A DNA stretch of 64,000 bases from Podospora anserina. Its lineage: Eukaryota. Position 1 is the stretch's first letter. Every line of letters begins with the position of its first letter. The position numbers were made by a program, and so were the translations under genes. The stretch covers positions 7,564,001 through 7,628,000 of the forward strand of contig CM030332.1 of the NCBI GenBank assembly GCA_017654855.1. Direction: 5' to 3'. The notes under the pieces were generated by a model. That model did no database searches, was not told the DNA's origin, and was given only the letters and a program-made list of their open reading frames with translations. Shown in pieces: positions 33,962 to 45,992 of this stretch.

Positions 33962-36214
33962 CACACATACACACACACACGCGCACAAAAGGCGTGCGAA
34001 CCAGATCGCGGTGGGAATCATTGGAGTAAGGCAAACTAAAGAAAGCCAAAACTTCTTCAGGTGCAGAACCCTATGCAGGAGGAGATCGTTGTCATATCGC
34101 GCAGCTGGGGCAAAGAAATCTCCCCAAGAACAATGAGACCAGAACCATAAAATGACATTGAAAAGCCTTGAAACATCAGCAACTTTCCAAGAAACAGACT
34201 TCCCACACAGTACGCTAGATTACTATGTGTAAGGTAAGGGCAAGATGACGATGTGCAAGACAAGGTTATGCAATCTTTTGAGATGGGCCATTTAGTTTGC
34301 TTTGATAGAGAACCAGGAGACATCCAGCACTCCACTCTCTTGAATGGAATACATTTAATAAATCTTTACTCTTCAGCAAGAGGTAAACAGATAAAAGAGG
34401 CGTTGCGATATGAATAGTCAGCGTGATAGCATAACATGAACATAGGTATGCGGAATAACAGGGCTTGGGAGATTGCAAAAATGGCTCCAGTTGTGAGGCT
34501 TTCTTTGCAGAAATAGGGACAGGGCTTCTTGAATGAGGGAGAGCTGAAAGATCACATCTGCCCAGCAGTTCGCTGCCTACCGAACAGAGGCATCTGTCAC
34601 AAGACAGGCAACCCCTGTCCTCATAGTGGAGAGATGGGTCCGGGGATTGAACCTTAAATCAACGACCTTTGAAAGACCCCGGGACTGAAATGTGCAGAAC
34701 ACACCATCTTCCATCTTCCATCTACCAGGTAAGCTATGGATGACCTGACGCTTTTGCTAAAGAGGATGACGGCATACAGACCGGAAGTCTGGGCAGACTG
34801 ACACCGATCATGGCCTCAAAGTCATTAGACAGTTGATGCAACAACAATAGATAGAATTGAAAGAGGCAAGGCCTGGAAAGCAGGGATGTGGTGGCTTTCT
34901 TCTCTTGCCCGTTTCGACTGCTTTCATGCTGCAGGACATGCTGGTTTTTCAAACACCCACTTTCTTTGATTTTCGAAACTGGAGAACAGCAGAAGCAAGC
35001 GTATCTAGGTAAGCACATTTTCGAAATCATGCCGACTGGGTGTTGATTTGCATTTGATTCCATCCTTTTGACAACAGTTGGTGATAAAGTGGGTATGCAC
35101 GTGATCTGCACCTGAGGCGCATGTCGTAGGAGATCAACGTCACAAGGCGGCGAGGCTGAAAGTATTCCCGGTACACAGCTGCATATCCTCCATTTTGAAC
35201 CAAGAAAGCATCCAATAGAAATCGGGTGCAACAAGTCACAATGGAGGTCAGATGTAGGGCATAGCTTCTGAGTGCAGTATATAAGTATTGAAGAAACATA
35301 GGAAGGCCAGAGTGAAGAGCTCTTGGCTAATCGGAAATGGAATGCTACACAGGGACTCAGATGTTGTTGATGGGAAAGTCCAACGCAGCAAGTTTGATGC
35401 AACAACTCCAAATACTCCACCTTTTTGCCGCTGAAAGAAGATCGGCGCACCGCTGCAGTGTGTGCCTCTGTAGGTACTGGTCTGTATTACCCATCCCTCT
35501 GCATTTGCTTGAAGTAGTATTGACACTTCGTCCGAGCATACACTATTTTACGACAACCTTGCCACGATCTATGCTAGAAATTCTACATAAAGACTTATTA
35601 AACTATGGAGTTATGATCAAGGTACGAATCGATCATCTGGCATTTATGCCGAAGGGTGCGCCAAGAACTAGCGGGAAAACAATTTTTTTTTTAAAAAAAG
35701 GCCGTTTCTTACGACGATCGGGCAACATACTTCCAGTAGGCGGTGAATTCCTTAAGATGGTAAATGCTCGGACGATGCCAGTTTCACAACACTACCTACA
35801 TGAAGCCAGCAGAAAGTCCATATCACACAGCAGCCAGTCACGCACACACATAAAACCACAGCGCCCGACAACTTGGGTCCAAAGACGTTATGCCTTGGCA
35901 GTGCAGTTGAACCAATCATCGTTGAGTGGCTGAAGAGGTGCATACGGGTACCGTACCCGCGTTTCGATATCTCGCTCTCAGGTTACACACACTTTGATGG
36001 ATTCCATGCCAAGAGAAGCTGGCGTGGAAGCTGTGAGGCGTGATACAAACTAAGCAAAGCACAAAATTAGGCTAATCCTGCAGTGATGGTGCCGAGCCAT
36101 CATCCGCTTACAGTGGTGCTTTGATGATGAGAATGCGTAGCCGGTATATCTGGAGCTTATGTCACAGTATCAACTCTATTTAAGAGTTGGAATGTATTGA
36201 CAATGCTCTTTCAA

Positions 36215-36960
36215 GGCTTAAGGTGATCTTTTTCTTTGGACTGAGGTCAAGCCCAAAGTGTCGGGTATCTCCTGCATTTCTCTAGTAAGGCAAGCAGCCT
36301 TTTTGCATTGTTTGAAGCAGTCCCCGACATTTGCCTGTGTCTCTTTACAGAATTTATGAAGGTATTCTGCCCGTTCATTGGGTATACCAACTAAGGAACC
36401 GTCTGCGTCTAGGAGTAGGGAGTGGGTGGACCAGCGGACATGTAGTGAGAGTCCTACAAAAGGTGGAAAGCAATCAGATTCGTCCGAACAGATCTTTAAA
36501 AGTGAAGATATCTCTGTTTGGAAAGCACAACTTAGGTACTCTGAAAGTGAAGCTCATCACCTCCAGTTATGGGCAGTACAAGGATATTGTTGACCATTGA
36601 AGGCTTGATGGAAAAGAAAAGAGTCAAGGGACAGAGTAGGCCATAGACCAACCCTCTACCCACAGACTTGCATATAACTATTCTATGCGAATAGTTCTTA
36701 TAAGGGCTTCATATAAAGATTGACTTGGTTGCCTGATGAACATCTGTCTGACGCTCTGTCGCGAGATATTTAGGATGTGAACGCAGGAGTACTTGGCCGA
36801 AAAGACCATCGCTTCATCTCTCCTTTCTGTCGTAAAAAGAGGTATTACGATCTTGTTTAAATCACCAGTCTCCATATATTTAATGGATTGGTATATCAAA
36901 CCTTCTGAAAAGGTTGCTCACCATCCATTCAAGGACAGAAACTTGGAGTCGAGCCAGGCT
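36215..36960 (-). pseudogene. Decayed Ser/Thr protein kinase
   Basis: Ordered relic subdomains across frameshifts and stops: FLSLNGW..KYMETGDL, IKPS..NILV, FKDLFG, LSTFCRTL/HYMSAG, PYS*..ADGSLVGI, LDLSPKKKIT. Confidence 0.55.
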
Positions 36961-37525
36961 ATCCCGAGAGCAGGCCAGATTGGAGCTCTGTCAAAAACAC
37001 CAAAATGTGGCGAGATCAAAACAGAATAGTGTTGGCACGACACCGGGTGCTTTTTGGTGCTGGTGCCGCAGTGTTTGAGGTGAAGAATGGGAGGACGTTG
37101 GGTTTGATGATGGTCTGGGTTGGGGTTGAGCACAGGCAGGGCCTTGGCGCAAGAGCCCCACGTGAAAACCAAATCCGAAGCTATATGACCACCCCACTGG
37201 CGTCCCGCGCTCTGATTGCTCTGATGACGTCCTGCAAAACCCAGCAATTCAGAGCTCCAATCCCCAGAATTGGACCTCTGGAAGCCGTTGCGCCGCATGG
37301 AACATTGAGGTGCACCTCCACTCCCCGACCACCACACCCTCAGCTACCGCCATTGCGATAATGCGCATAGAAGTTTGAGCCAACCGGGCTCTTTGTGCAT
37401 ATTCAACACCACCGGCGAACATCGAGCCATTTTGTTGCCCGCACCTGGCCCTCGATATCTCTAAGCTCCCGACCCTTGTTATACATAGCCCAAGTCTACA
37501 GTGGCGAGCTAGACAATCGCCCACC

Positions 37526-38446
37526 ATGCAGACCACACGAGTCCTCCGCTACAAAGGCTTCTGGGGCCGAAGCATGGACGAGCTCAAACGTCTTTCCAAC
37601 ATCGGTACCTAACCCCCTCCAACCTCCCCACTCCCACATCATCACTAACCTCCCCTCCTTCCCCCGAACCCAGCCATAAAAATGGAAGGTGTCACCGGCC
37701 CCCAAGGTCCCCGCGAACTCTTCGACTTCCGCACCCCCTCCTCCATCGAAGACTGCAAAGTCATGTCCGACGACGAAATCGGCGGCCTCTCCACCTCCCA
37801 CCTCGACTGGATCGTCGCCCCCCCAGCCGGCTCTGTCCCCGCCTCCCAGCTCCCATCGCCCAACTCCCCCGGCTACGCCAAATTCTACGGCAACATCTCC
37901 ACCCACCTCCCAGCCGACCGACCAGATATCAAACGAACGGGGTATGCCGCGTTTCGAACACAAGACCGGCCGCGTAATCTCTTTACCAGAGGACTGTGGG
38001 ACATCGATCCGTACATCTACCTCGCATTGCGAGTCAAATCAGACGGGAGGAGTTACTTTGTCAATGTGCAGACAGAATCGATTGTACCGACGGATCTACA
38101 TCAGCACAGGTTGTTTGTCAAGAAGCCGGGGGAGTGGGAGACGGTGTTGATCAAGTGGAACAATTTCGTCAGGACGAACCACGGGTTTGTGGTAGAGCCG
38201 CAGACGGAGATCTTGAGGCAAAAGGTCAAGAGTATTGGGGTGGGGTTGACGGATAGGATACCGGGGCCGTTTGAGCTTTGTATTGAGAGGATGTGGGCGA
38301 CGAATGACGAGAGCGATGCGGATCAGGTGGTGGATGCTTCTGCTGCCGTTGCTGCGCCGGAACAGGAGGCGCCGGTGGTGGAGACGAAACAGGAGGGGGA
38401 TTTGAAGACGAAGAGGGGGGAGAAGGTTGCTTGGGGGAGTCGGTAG
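37526..38446 (+). CDS. CIA30: Complex I intermediate-associated protein 30 (NDUFAF1 family); intron 37605-37673
   Basis: KGFWGRSMDELKRL, MSDDEIGGLS, FYGNIS..LP, RTGYAAFRT, YLALRVKSDGRSYFVNVQTES..TDLHQHRL, GPFELCIERMWA. Confidence 0.93.
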
Positions 38447-38885
38447 TGTGTGCTGAGAGAAGAGGGGGATGTGAGATGGCGATAAGAGATGTGTAAATAT
38501 ACTGAATTTGTCATGGGCACAGTATGGAGAATGGGAACGGGCAAAAAGCTGATTCTACCAAATTAAGGGAACATGAAGGCAGTGTGAGACGAGAACGGCT
38601 CGGTTCATATGTTGACTGACATGTACATAAAAATCTCGAGCCAGCACTTCGCAAGACGAATATGCACTTTCCGATCTTGCCATCCGAAGTCAAATGTCAT
38701 GTCGGGTATCATCAATCTCGTCGATTATTCATAGCCACTTCCCAATGAAGCCTTTCTACACAAGATACAAACAAGAAATCATCGCCTTTGCTCCATGCAA
38801 CCAACTGATTCCTCCAAAACAAATCAGATTTGGCCTCACCCAAACGCCGTCCAGTATATGCAGAACCTCGATGCGCAAAAAAACA

Positions 38886-39150
38886 CACAAGAAAAGCACA
38901 AGAAAAGCACAAGAAAAGCACAAGAAAAGCACAAGAAAAGCACAAGAAAAGCACAAGAAAAGCACAAGAAAAGCACAAGAAAAGCACAAGAAAAGCACAA
39001 GAAAAGCACAAGAAAAGCACAAGAAAAGCACAAGAAAAGCACAAGAAAAGCACAAGAAAAGCACAAGAAAAGCACAAGAAAAGAAGAAGAAAAAAAGAAG
39101 AAAAGAAAAAAAAGAAAAAAGAAAAGAAAAAAGAAAAGAAAAAAGAAAAC
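38886..39150. repeat. Perfect 11-bp tandem repeat (CACAAGAAAAG) x18 (38886-39083) followed by an A/G-rich tract
   Basis: Counted directly. Confidence 0.97.
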
Positions 39151-39207
39151 ACGCAGAAACCCCGCTACCGTGCACTCGTCGTGTTCAAAGCCCCATGACC
39201 ACACCCG

Positions 39208-40508
39208 TTACTCCAAATCCATATCCGAATTGCTGTGGCTCTTCCCCCTATCCCATTCCCTCTGCTCACCCTTCTTGGTGTACTTGACCGAGTCAAACAT
39301 ATCCTTTTCACTTTCCTTGCCACCCCTTTCCCACTTTTTGATCTGTTCCTCTGTGAACCCGGCAGCCCGCAGTCTGTCAGCACCCTGTTGCTTCCACTTC
39401 TGCCTGTCCCGGAACAACTCCACAGCCGAGTCCCAGGTGTTGCTGCTGGACGTGTCCTGCTTAAGGATGTCATCCAGCGGCACATCGTTCTTCGGATCGT
39501 AGTCCTCCGCAAACCGGCTATCCATCGCCGCGGCGCCCCTTCTAGGAGCACCGGCGCCTCTTCCTCGGACACGAACTGGCGGCTCCGACGTTTGAGAGGG
39601 AGGTGCTGGGCCTATCAGCTCGTCCAGGGGATCGGAGTCCTCTTCGTCCACATGGCGATGCGGCCTGGAATGCCGACTGGACCGTGATTGATCTTTCTCG
39701 TCACGCTCGTCATGTTCGTGTCGCCTATGTGAATGAGAGCCACGGTCTCTACCGTCCTTCCCTGACCTCCTTCCATGCGGCCTGGAGTGATGGCGATGGC
39801 TGTCCTCCGGCTCGCTGCTGAGGGGGGAGCGATCCCGGTGTCGTCGCTCTCTGCGTTCTCTGTGCCCAGGAGAGCGGGACCGTGACCTTTCGTGCCGTCG
39901 GTGATGTGAGCGCTTTGTGTCGTCGTCAACCCTTCGGTGGGACCGTTCGAGATCTTTCTCGTCGCCATGCTTGGACTCGCGACTCTGGGAAGGCTCAGTC
40001 TTGGTTGAGGCCGAGTGGCGGTCTTTTCTGTCACTCTTCCTTTCCTTGGTGCTGTCTCGATCGCTTTTGGTATGGCTACTCTCGCCTCCTTTGCGACCCT
40101 GCAAAATGGAAGATATAGCCCCAAGTTGGCGGCGCCGAATGTCAGACTTGGTGGGGTTGAGTCGCTGTCGCTTCCTCTCTTCGACCGCGGTATGGTGGTT
40201 GAGCCGGGCTTGGGCTTCAGCGGCTTCCTTTGCAAGGAGGGCCTTGTTGTGATTCGCAGTCTCCTTTATTATGCGCCCGAGAAAATTGGTATTGGGCTTC
40301 GCCTTGTTCGCCGGCCTGGTCGTTGGGCGTACGGTCAGCATGGGTGGTCCTGATGAGATGGCCATGACGATGGAGGTTGCGGTGAAACATACTTGGAAGA
40401 TCGGAAAGCTTCGAGACCGACTGACGAGTATTTGATGGAGGCATCGCTGGCTTCCTTTGCCAACAAGCCCGCCACATAGTCATCTGTGAGTAAGGTATCG
40501 TTTGCCAT
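39208..40508 (-). CDS. Conserved fungal R/H/S/D-rich nuclear protein (often annotated splicing-factor 38B-like); 1 intron
   Basis: MANDTLLTDDYVAGLLAKEA..KYS..G, KPNTNFLGRIIKET..HN.ALL, DPLDELIGPAPP, MDSRFAEDYDPKND, GADRLRAAGF, REWDRGK. Confidence 0.8.
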
Positions 40509-41394
40509 GTTTGCCGTGTGTTCAACCTTTCCAGAATGCGAAAAGCTGACGAAGGCCATCCATCAGAGTGGGAAGGAAATAAAGAATAGAGGGCGCAAAC
40601 CCTAACAAAACAGCATTACTGATGAAGAGTAAGGCGGAAGGGAATTTTGAGGTGGTCGGTTGGCGGAGCAGGTTGCTGAGCCTCCTCGCGCATTGGGAGT
40701 TCACTGGGTGGTGTGTGCCAGACCGATCAGTTGCGGCTCAGCCAGTTGTGATCCTTATCAGGCACTTATCGCATATATCTCGTTTATCTTATCAGTCCTG
40801 CCTTGGCAACGGCATCAAACATCGTTTCTTATGCAACACCCCTTCAACCACCAGCTTTGATTTGGCCCTCTGGCCTATAAACAATGGAAGATATGTGAAA
40901 AATGAACATACACTCTTGCTATCTTACAAATGCCATCTCATCAATCCCCAGGCAAAACCGAACAGGGGTTTGAAACTCAGGTTCAATGGAACGTACTGTC
41001 ATAGCCCTGCTAAACTTGAACTGCAGGTAGGTAGCATCAGGGGACCTGTGATGCGAGGCGAATCGCCCACAAAGGTCCAGCAGCAGCGGCAACTCTGAGA
41101 ACTCTGTTTGCGGAACAAGAGAACAAACCCCAGATTCTCCAACAAAGCATGCATCGATTTCTTGATCAATGGATTGCTGCCATCGAGAACCAAAAGGTTC
41201 ATGGTCAAAGACACTTGCCCCACCTCGCACGCACTAGCTAAAGCTGAACCCCCTCTGGCCTGTCTACTGCCCAGCCCCTCAATTAGCCCCAAGACCCCAG
41301 CCAAAGTGCCAAAGGGCAGCGGGCAGCCAGCACCAGCACGGGCCAGTGCAGTAGCAAAGCAATCAAGCCATTCCATCCACAATTCTCCAGCTTG

Positions 41395-44300
41395 ATGAAT
41401 GGAGCAGTGCACCAGACTGTGAAGACGACAATGGCCGCCGTGCAGCTCGAGGCCGACGCGATCGGCGGCGAGCTGCGCCTGATCCGAGATGCTCTGAGAG
41501 ACTATCTCGACGATAAGATCCTTCTGCACAACCGCAAAGTCAAAGGCCCGACAACGAAAGGCGGACGGGAGTTTATGGAAGACATCTTGGGCCGTCTCGA
41601 TCGAGTGTCCACAGGTGTCGATAAGCAGCTCTCATCACACAACACGCCTCCGCCAGCCAGAGGCCCCGATACTCCGGTATCTTACAACTCACCAGCTTCC
41701 CATCCAGTTTTGCCACCGAACGGGCTACCAGATGATGGACCGCTGAGAAACCAGGAACAGGCATCCTCACGACAGCCTTCACAACCTCTCGCGCCATCAC
41801 TATCGCAACCCCTCCCGCCTCAGACCAATGGGAGCGGCAGCCTCGCTCCTGTCCACCATGCGGGACACCCATCTGGAGCCTCACGGGTACTCGAACCTCC
41901 GGCTGTGTCGGTGGAAGTACCCTCTAAGCCGAATACACCACCGACCCATAACTCAGAGCCTGCATCACCATCACCTGCCTTGGCCAATCAGCATCCTCAT
42001 CAGTCACAACAGCCACAGCCAGATTTCACCCCTCGGAGTCCATTGAGCCCTCAAAGTCAGACGGAGAGTAAGGATCAAGGTCAGACTGAGACACAGTCGC
42101 GAGGCAAAGCTCAGGCCAGCAAGAGTCAGACGCCACAGGACCGAGGCATCACGTTGTCAAACGGAGCCGTCTATCATGAACCCATCGTACAGCCACACGA
42201 GGCCTCACCCCTCTTTGACTGCATGTACCAGGATGTCAACGACTTGAACGAGGAGCTCTTCGAACAGTACTCAAATCACCCCGTCGTCAAGGACAGGGGG
42301 TATTTCAAGCTCCAGGTCAGGGAGTTGCCTCCGCTCCAGGTACGAAAGGTTGAGCGCCCGAGCAAAGACCACGCAACCTCGTTCCGCTATCTGGCCGACA
42401 AGCAGGGACTAGTCAAGGTCGACACGGGCAAGAAGAAACGGTTCACGCCTCCGCATCTTCCATTTCCTGTTTCGGCAAAGACGCAGTGGACTTTACAGGA
42501 ACAAAAGGAGCTCTGGAACACCTCGGCGGCGAACCCTCCCAAGGGCACACGGGGTTACATCATTGGCAACCCGCTGTTCGATGACATCGAGCTCCATCCT
42601 GGCAACAGGCTCAAATCGAGAGGCCGGACCATTCTCGAAGGCATCAACACACAATATGTGTACTTCAATTTGGAAGGACTAACTATCACCACTATGCATC
42701 GAGAAGATGCCCATGTGAGGTCGGAGAATCTCCTCCGGTCAGGCCAGCACAAGTTCTGGTGCTTTGTCAAGCCAGCCTTCTCAGACAGGTTGGAGGAGAG
42801 GATGGCGGCCGCGTATCCCGAGATGCGCCGATGCTCGCAGGCCGTCCGTCATCTCAGTCGCCACATCCCACCAGCCAAACTGGATGAATGGGGCATCGAG
42901 TACACTCTCGATTACTGCATCCCCGGCCAAGCGGTGGTCACAGAACCTGGGACGTACCATCAGGTACTGAACCTGGGTCCGAACTATGCTCTGGCGGTCA
43001 ATGTTGAGTACATGTCATCCCCCGAGGACCCTCCGAACTACCGTTTCTGCGACAGGAACTGCCCCGATCCGTTTGCCATGAAGGCTACCGACTTTGGCAT
43101 ATACGGTGATCCCAATTGCCTGGCGGCGCAGGAGGAACAAGCCAGGCTCTCTGGAGAGAGGCCAGACCAAGAGGAACAGGCCAGGATGGCAGCACGGTCG
43201 TCCATGTTTCAGTCTGCCCCAGAGCAGCCGTCACCACCATCTCAATCACCCCTAGCTGCACCCCAGCTGACGCAATCTGTCACCCCGCCGCCAGAGCATA
43301 GCTCCTCTGCCGTCTGTGAGCCATCTCAATCCGGCTTGGTGCGGCCGGAAGCACTTGTACAACGCCGCGAGCCGTCAAGCCAGCCGTTGGCGGAGCCCAA
43401 GCTACATACGTTTCAAGGTTTCCAGCCTCCGCGAGAGAGCAGTCTCGGCTCGGTCCTTCGGTTACCGTCAGAGGCGGGGATGGTGACTCCGTCTCAAACG
43501 GTTAAGCAACCCGACCCATCGCCACAGCCCCCAGCGGCCCCGCCGCCGGTAGCCGTTGAACCTGCCACAAGGACATCGGAGCCACGTCGATCACAACCTC
43601 CATCCGAACCAGCTCCTGGGTGGGATAATGCCGTGTTCCGCGCAGAACAACAAGACCTGGCACCTCGCTCACAGCTCCTGCGCCATCCAAACACTTTCCT
43701 AGACGCCTCTGCACAACCCTTCCAGACCACCCATCAGGCTGCCCCTTTCTCACATCATCATAACCTCCCTTTGCTCCCTCCACCGCGACAAGCAAGCTCA
43801 GAGCCGCTTCGGAAAACCGCAAGGCTTGTTCATAACAGAAGATCTGCACCGACGGAACCGCTATCCCCTCGCTCGGCAAAGAGACAGCGCGTGATGGAGT
43901 ACTTGCGTTTTGAGGATCCCTTCGGGGTAGATCCAGAGCCAGAGATGCCTCCGAGCTACTTCACTCATGCCAGTTCAAGTCTTGCAACGCTACTTCGCTC
44001 ATGTCAAGATGACGTGTACAACAACATTCAGTCGCAGCAGGTGTCTGGAAGACCTGGCTTTGACCGGCTGGCGCGGCTCATCAGTGACTGGAGACGTTGT
44101 GTGCGAGAACAGAACCCGACGCCGTCGGGCTTAGACCTTGTCACCAACCTCGACCGCGTTGCCGGGGAGGAGCCTGAGCTGAACACGTTCCTTGGTCGGT
44201 TCTGCAAAATGAAGCTCGCAGAATGGCTCGATGCCAAAGCTGAAGAGCAGGAACGAGCTAGGCCGGCCTTCCAGCCGGCACAGCAAGATGCTACTGATCT

Positions 44301-45201
44301 CTTGCTCCAGGAGCTTGGCTGGGCCGAAGCTGAGAGGCACACGCTGAACGACTACATCCGAGAGGGCAAGTGCTGGAAGACAATCTGCGGAGCCTACGGC
44401 GGCCTTCTCTGCGTCATTCCACCCGATCCAGCCTTTCAGCAGCTGGCTCTCTTTCAGGACCAGGTGCTGATGTTTCACCATCAGCTCAACGACCCGTTCC
44501 TTCGCGCTATGTGCGCCGTGGGCAAGACCCTACAAGGCTGCATCTGGGAGAGCCGCGAACTGCCCGCCTTTGTTTTCGAGTCTGAAGACACCATTGCCCT
44601 CTCGACCGAGGAGCTGGGGCCGATGCTCAAGCAGTACAAATACATTACGGCCAACGTCTTCAACCCTCATGCGCCATACGAATGGCCAAAGCCAGTGGGC
44701 TGGAAGGCGTCCTGGCAGTGGCCGGTGGACCCGACAGCTGTGCTCCATGAGAAGTGGTGCAACGTCTGTAAGAAGAAGAAGTCATGTCGTTGTCACGCCA
44801 GGTTTGTACCAGCCATCCCACGGGTGTCGATTGACGGGAGCAAGGGCAGCGGGGTGCGTGTTATGGGAATGTTTAGAGCTAATGACATCATCGGCGAGAT
44901 GTTGGGCGAGCTGGTGCCTCCCGGAGCGATCCCTAATCGGGAGTGGACGATGGAGTTTCGGCGTCCGGATCTTGACGATGTTGTCGTGGCTGAGCTCTAC
45001 TCCAAGGAGCAGGGCAACTGGGCGCGGGTTGTGAGGCATTCCGCCCATCCTTCCTGCGAGATTTCCATCAGGAAGATGGAAGGCAAGTGGAGGATGCTGA
45101 TTGTTGCCAGCAGGCAGCTGTTTGACGGTGAAGAGATAACTGTCAAGTACGGTCGTGGGTATCACAGGAACCAGGCCTATGGCATTGTTGAAGGGTTCTG
45201 A
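41395..45201 (+). CDS. JmjN/JmjC (KDM4-like) + SET domain fusion protein
   Basis: Single intronless ORF of ~1270 aa: EGINTQYVYF..TTMHRED..GQHKFW..YHQVLNLGPNYALAVN, then C-terminal WCNVC..CRC, GSGV..IGEMLGEL, GNWARVVRHSAHPSC, GEEITVKYG. Confidence 0.85.
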   Translation: MNGAVHQTVKTTMAAVQLEADAIGGELRLIRDALRDYLDDKILLHNRKVKGPTTKGGREFMEDILGRLDRVSTGVDKQLSSHNTPPPARGPDTPVSYNSPASHPVLPPNGLPDDGPLRNQEQASSRQPSQPLAPSLSQPLPPQTNGSGSLAPVHHAGHPSGASRVLEPPAVSVEVPSKPNTPPTHNSEPASPSPALANQHPHQSQQPQPDFTPRSPLSPQSQTESKDQGQTETQSRGKAQASKSQTPQDRGITLSNGAVYHEPIVQPHEASPLFDCMYQDVNDLNEELFEQYSNHPVVKDRGYFKLQVRELPPLQVRKVERPSKDHATSFRYLADKQGLVKVDTGKKKRFTPPHLPFPVSAKTQWTLQEQKELWNTSAANPPKGTRGYIIGNPLFDDIELHPGNRLKSRGRTILEGINTQYVYFNLEGLTITTMHREDAHVRSENLLRSGQHKFWCFVKPAFSDRLEERMAAAYPEMRRCSQAVRHLSRHIPPAKLDEWGIEYTLDYCIPGQAVVTEPGTYHQVLNLGPNYALAVNVEYMSSPEDPPNYRFCDRNCPDPFAMKATDFGIYGDPNCLAAQEEQARLSGERPDQEEQARMAARSSMFQSAPEQPSPPSQSPLAAPQLTQSVTPPPEHSSSAVCEPSQSGLVRPEALVQRREPSSQPLAEPKLHTFQGFQPPRESSLGSVLRLPSEAGMVTPSQTVKQPDPSPQPPAAPPPVAVEPATRTSEPRRSQPPSEPAPGWDNAVFRAEQQDLAPRSQLLRHPNTFLDASAQPFQTTHQAAPFSHHHNLPLLPPPRQASSEPLRKTARLVHNRRSAPTEPLSPRSAKRQRVMEYLRFEDPFGVDPEPEMPPSYFTHASSSLATLLRSCQDDVYNNIQSQQVSGRPGFDRLARLISDWRRCVREQNPTPSGLDLVTNLDRVAGEEPELNTFLGRFCKMKLAEWLDAKAEEQERARPAFQPAQQDATDLLLQELGWAEAERHTLNDYIREGKCWKTICGAYGGLLCVIPPDPAFQQLALFQDQVLMFHHQLNDPFLRAMCAVGKTLQGCIWESRELPAFVFESEDTIALSTEELGPMLKQYKYITANVFNPHAPYEWPKPVGWKASWQWPVDPTAVLHEKWCNVCKKKKSCRCHARFVPAIPRVSIDGSKGSGVRVMGMFRANDIIGEMLGELVPPGAIPNREWTMEFRRPDLDDVVVAELYSKEQGNWARVVRHSAHPSCEISIRKMEGKWRMLIVASRQLFDGEEITVKYGRGYHRNQAYGIVEGF

Positions 45202-45957
45202 GCGCGGTTTTTTAACATTTGTCAGGGACATGTTATGGTCAACAACATCAAAGGCGTGAGTGTATAAAAGGTCTAGGATTGGGAACAAGGGCGGTGGTGG
45301 AAGCGGAGTAGCGGTGTCGTTTGTGTGGCTTTTCTTTCCGTGTTCGTATCCTTCGCGCATAATACTTTCAGGGGGTCGTTTTTATCTGCAAGAAAGGGAA
45401 GGAATGGGATTGGTGGATGGGTTTTCTGCCGGAAGGGTTGTAGGCGGGCAATTGCTTTGCTACACTGTATTTGTTTCTGCTTGCTTGTCGTTCACCGGCA
45501 CATACACGACTTTGCATTGTCTTCTCGTTGCTTTTGTTACAGTTGCTGCTGCTCTGTCATGGCTACGTAACATAAAAAGACAGGTGATGTTTTGGGGGAG
45601 GGGGGGGGTTATTTATGGGTTTCCTTACGGGTCATATGTAGGTAGTTATGGGTTAGGTTCGGAAGCGCTAGGTAACGAGGTATTATGTTAGTATCCAGCG
45701 CTTGTCTTTCTGTTTGTTCTCAGGAGGAGGAAGGCAGTGAACATAATTTTGGAACTCCGTGTCTAGACTTGCATCACCACACGCAACCATCAAGGGACTC
45801 GCTCTATTTTGTCCACAAGTTTCTTCCTCCAAGCCATCAGGCAAACCTCACGCAAGCCACCAAGCCACCAAGCCACTCGGTCCATCCACCAGTCCTTCTC
45901 ACCGCACAACGACCGGACCACTTCCGACGGAGAGAGCCGTTCGGATTGTGAGCTATC

Positions 45958-45992
45958 ACATACATACATACATACATACATACATACATACA
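45958..45992. repeat. (TACA)n microsatellite
   Basis: About 8 perfect copies. Confidence 0.95.

Noticed and set aside
38694-39502. K-rich and F/C/L-rich ORFs in several frames
   Set aside because: Artifacts of the stop-free 11-bp repeat
41245-41395. In-frame TAG at 41284 as a possible A-to-I-corrected premature stop extending the JmjC-SET gene
   Set aside because: Another in-frame stop (TGA at 41245) lies just upstream with no ATG between them
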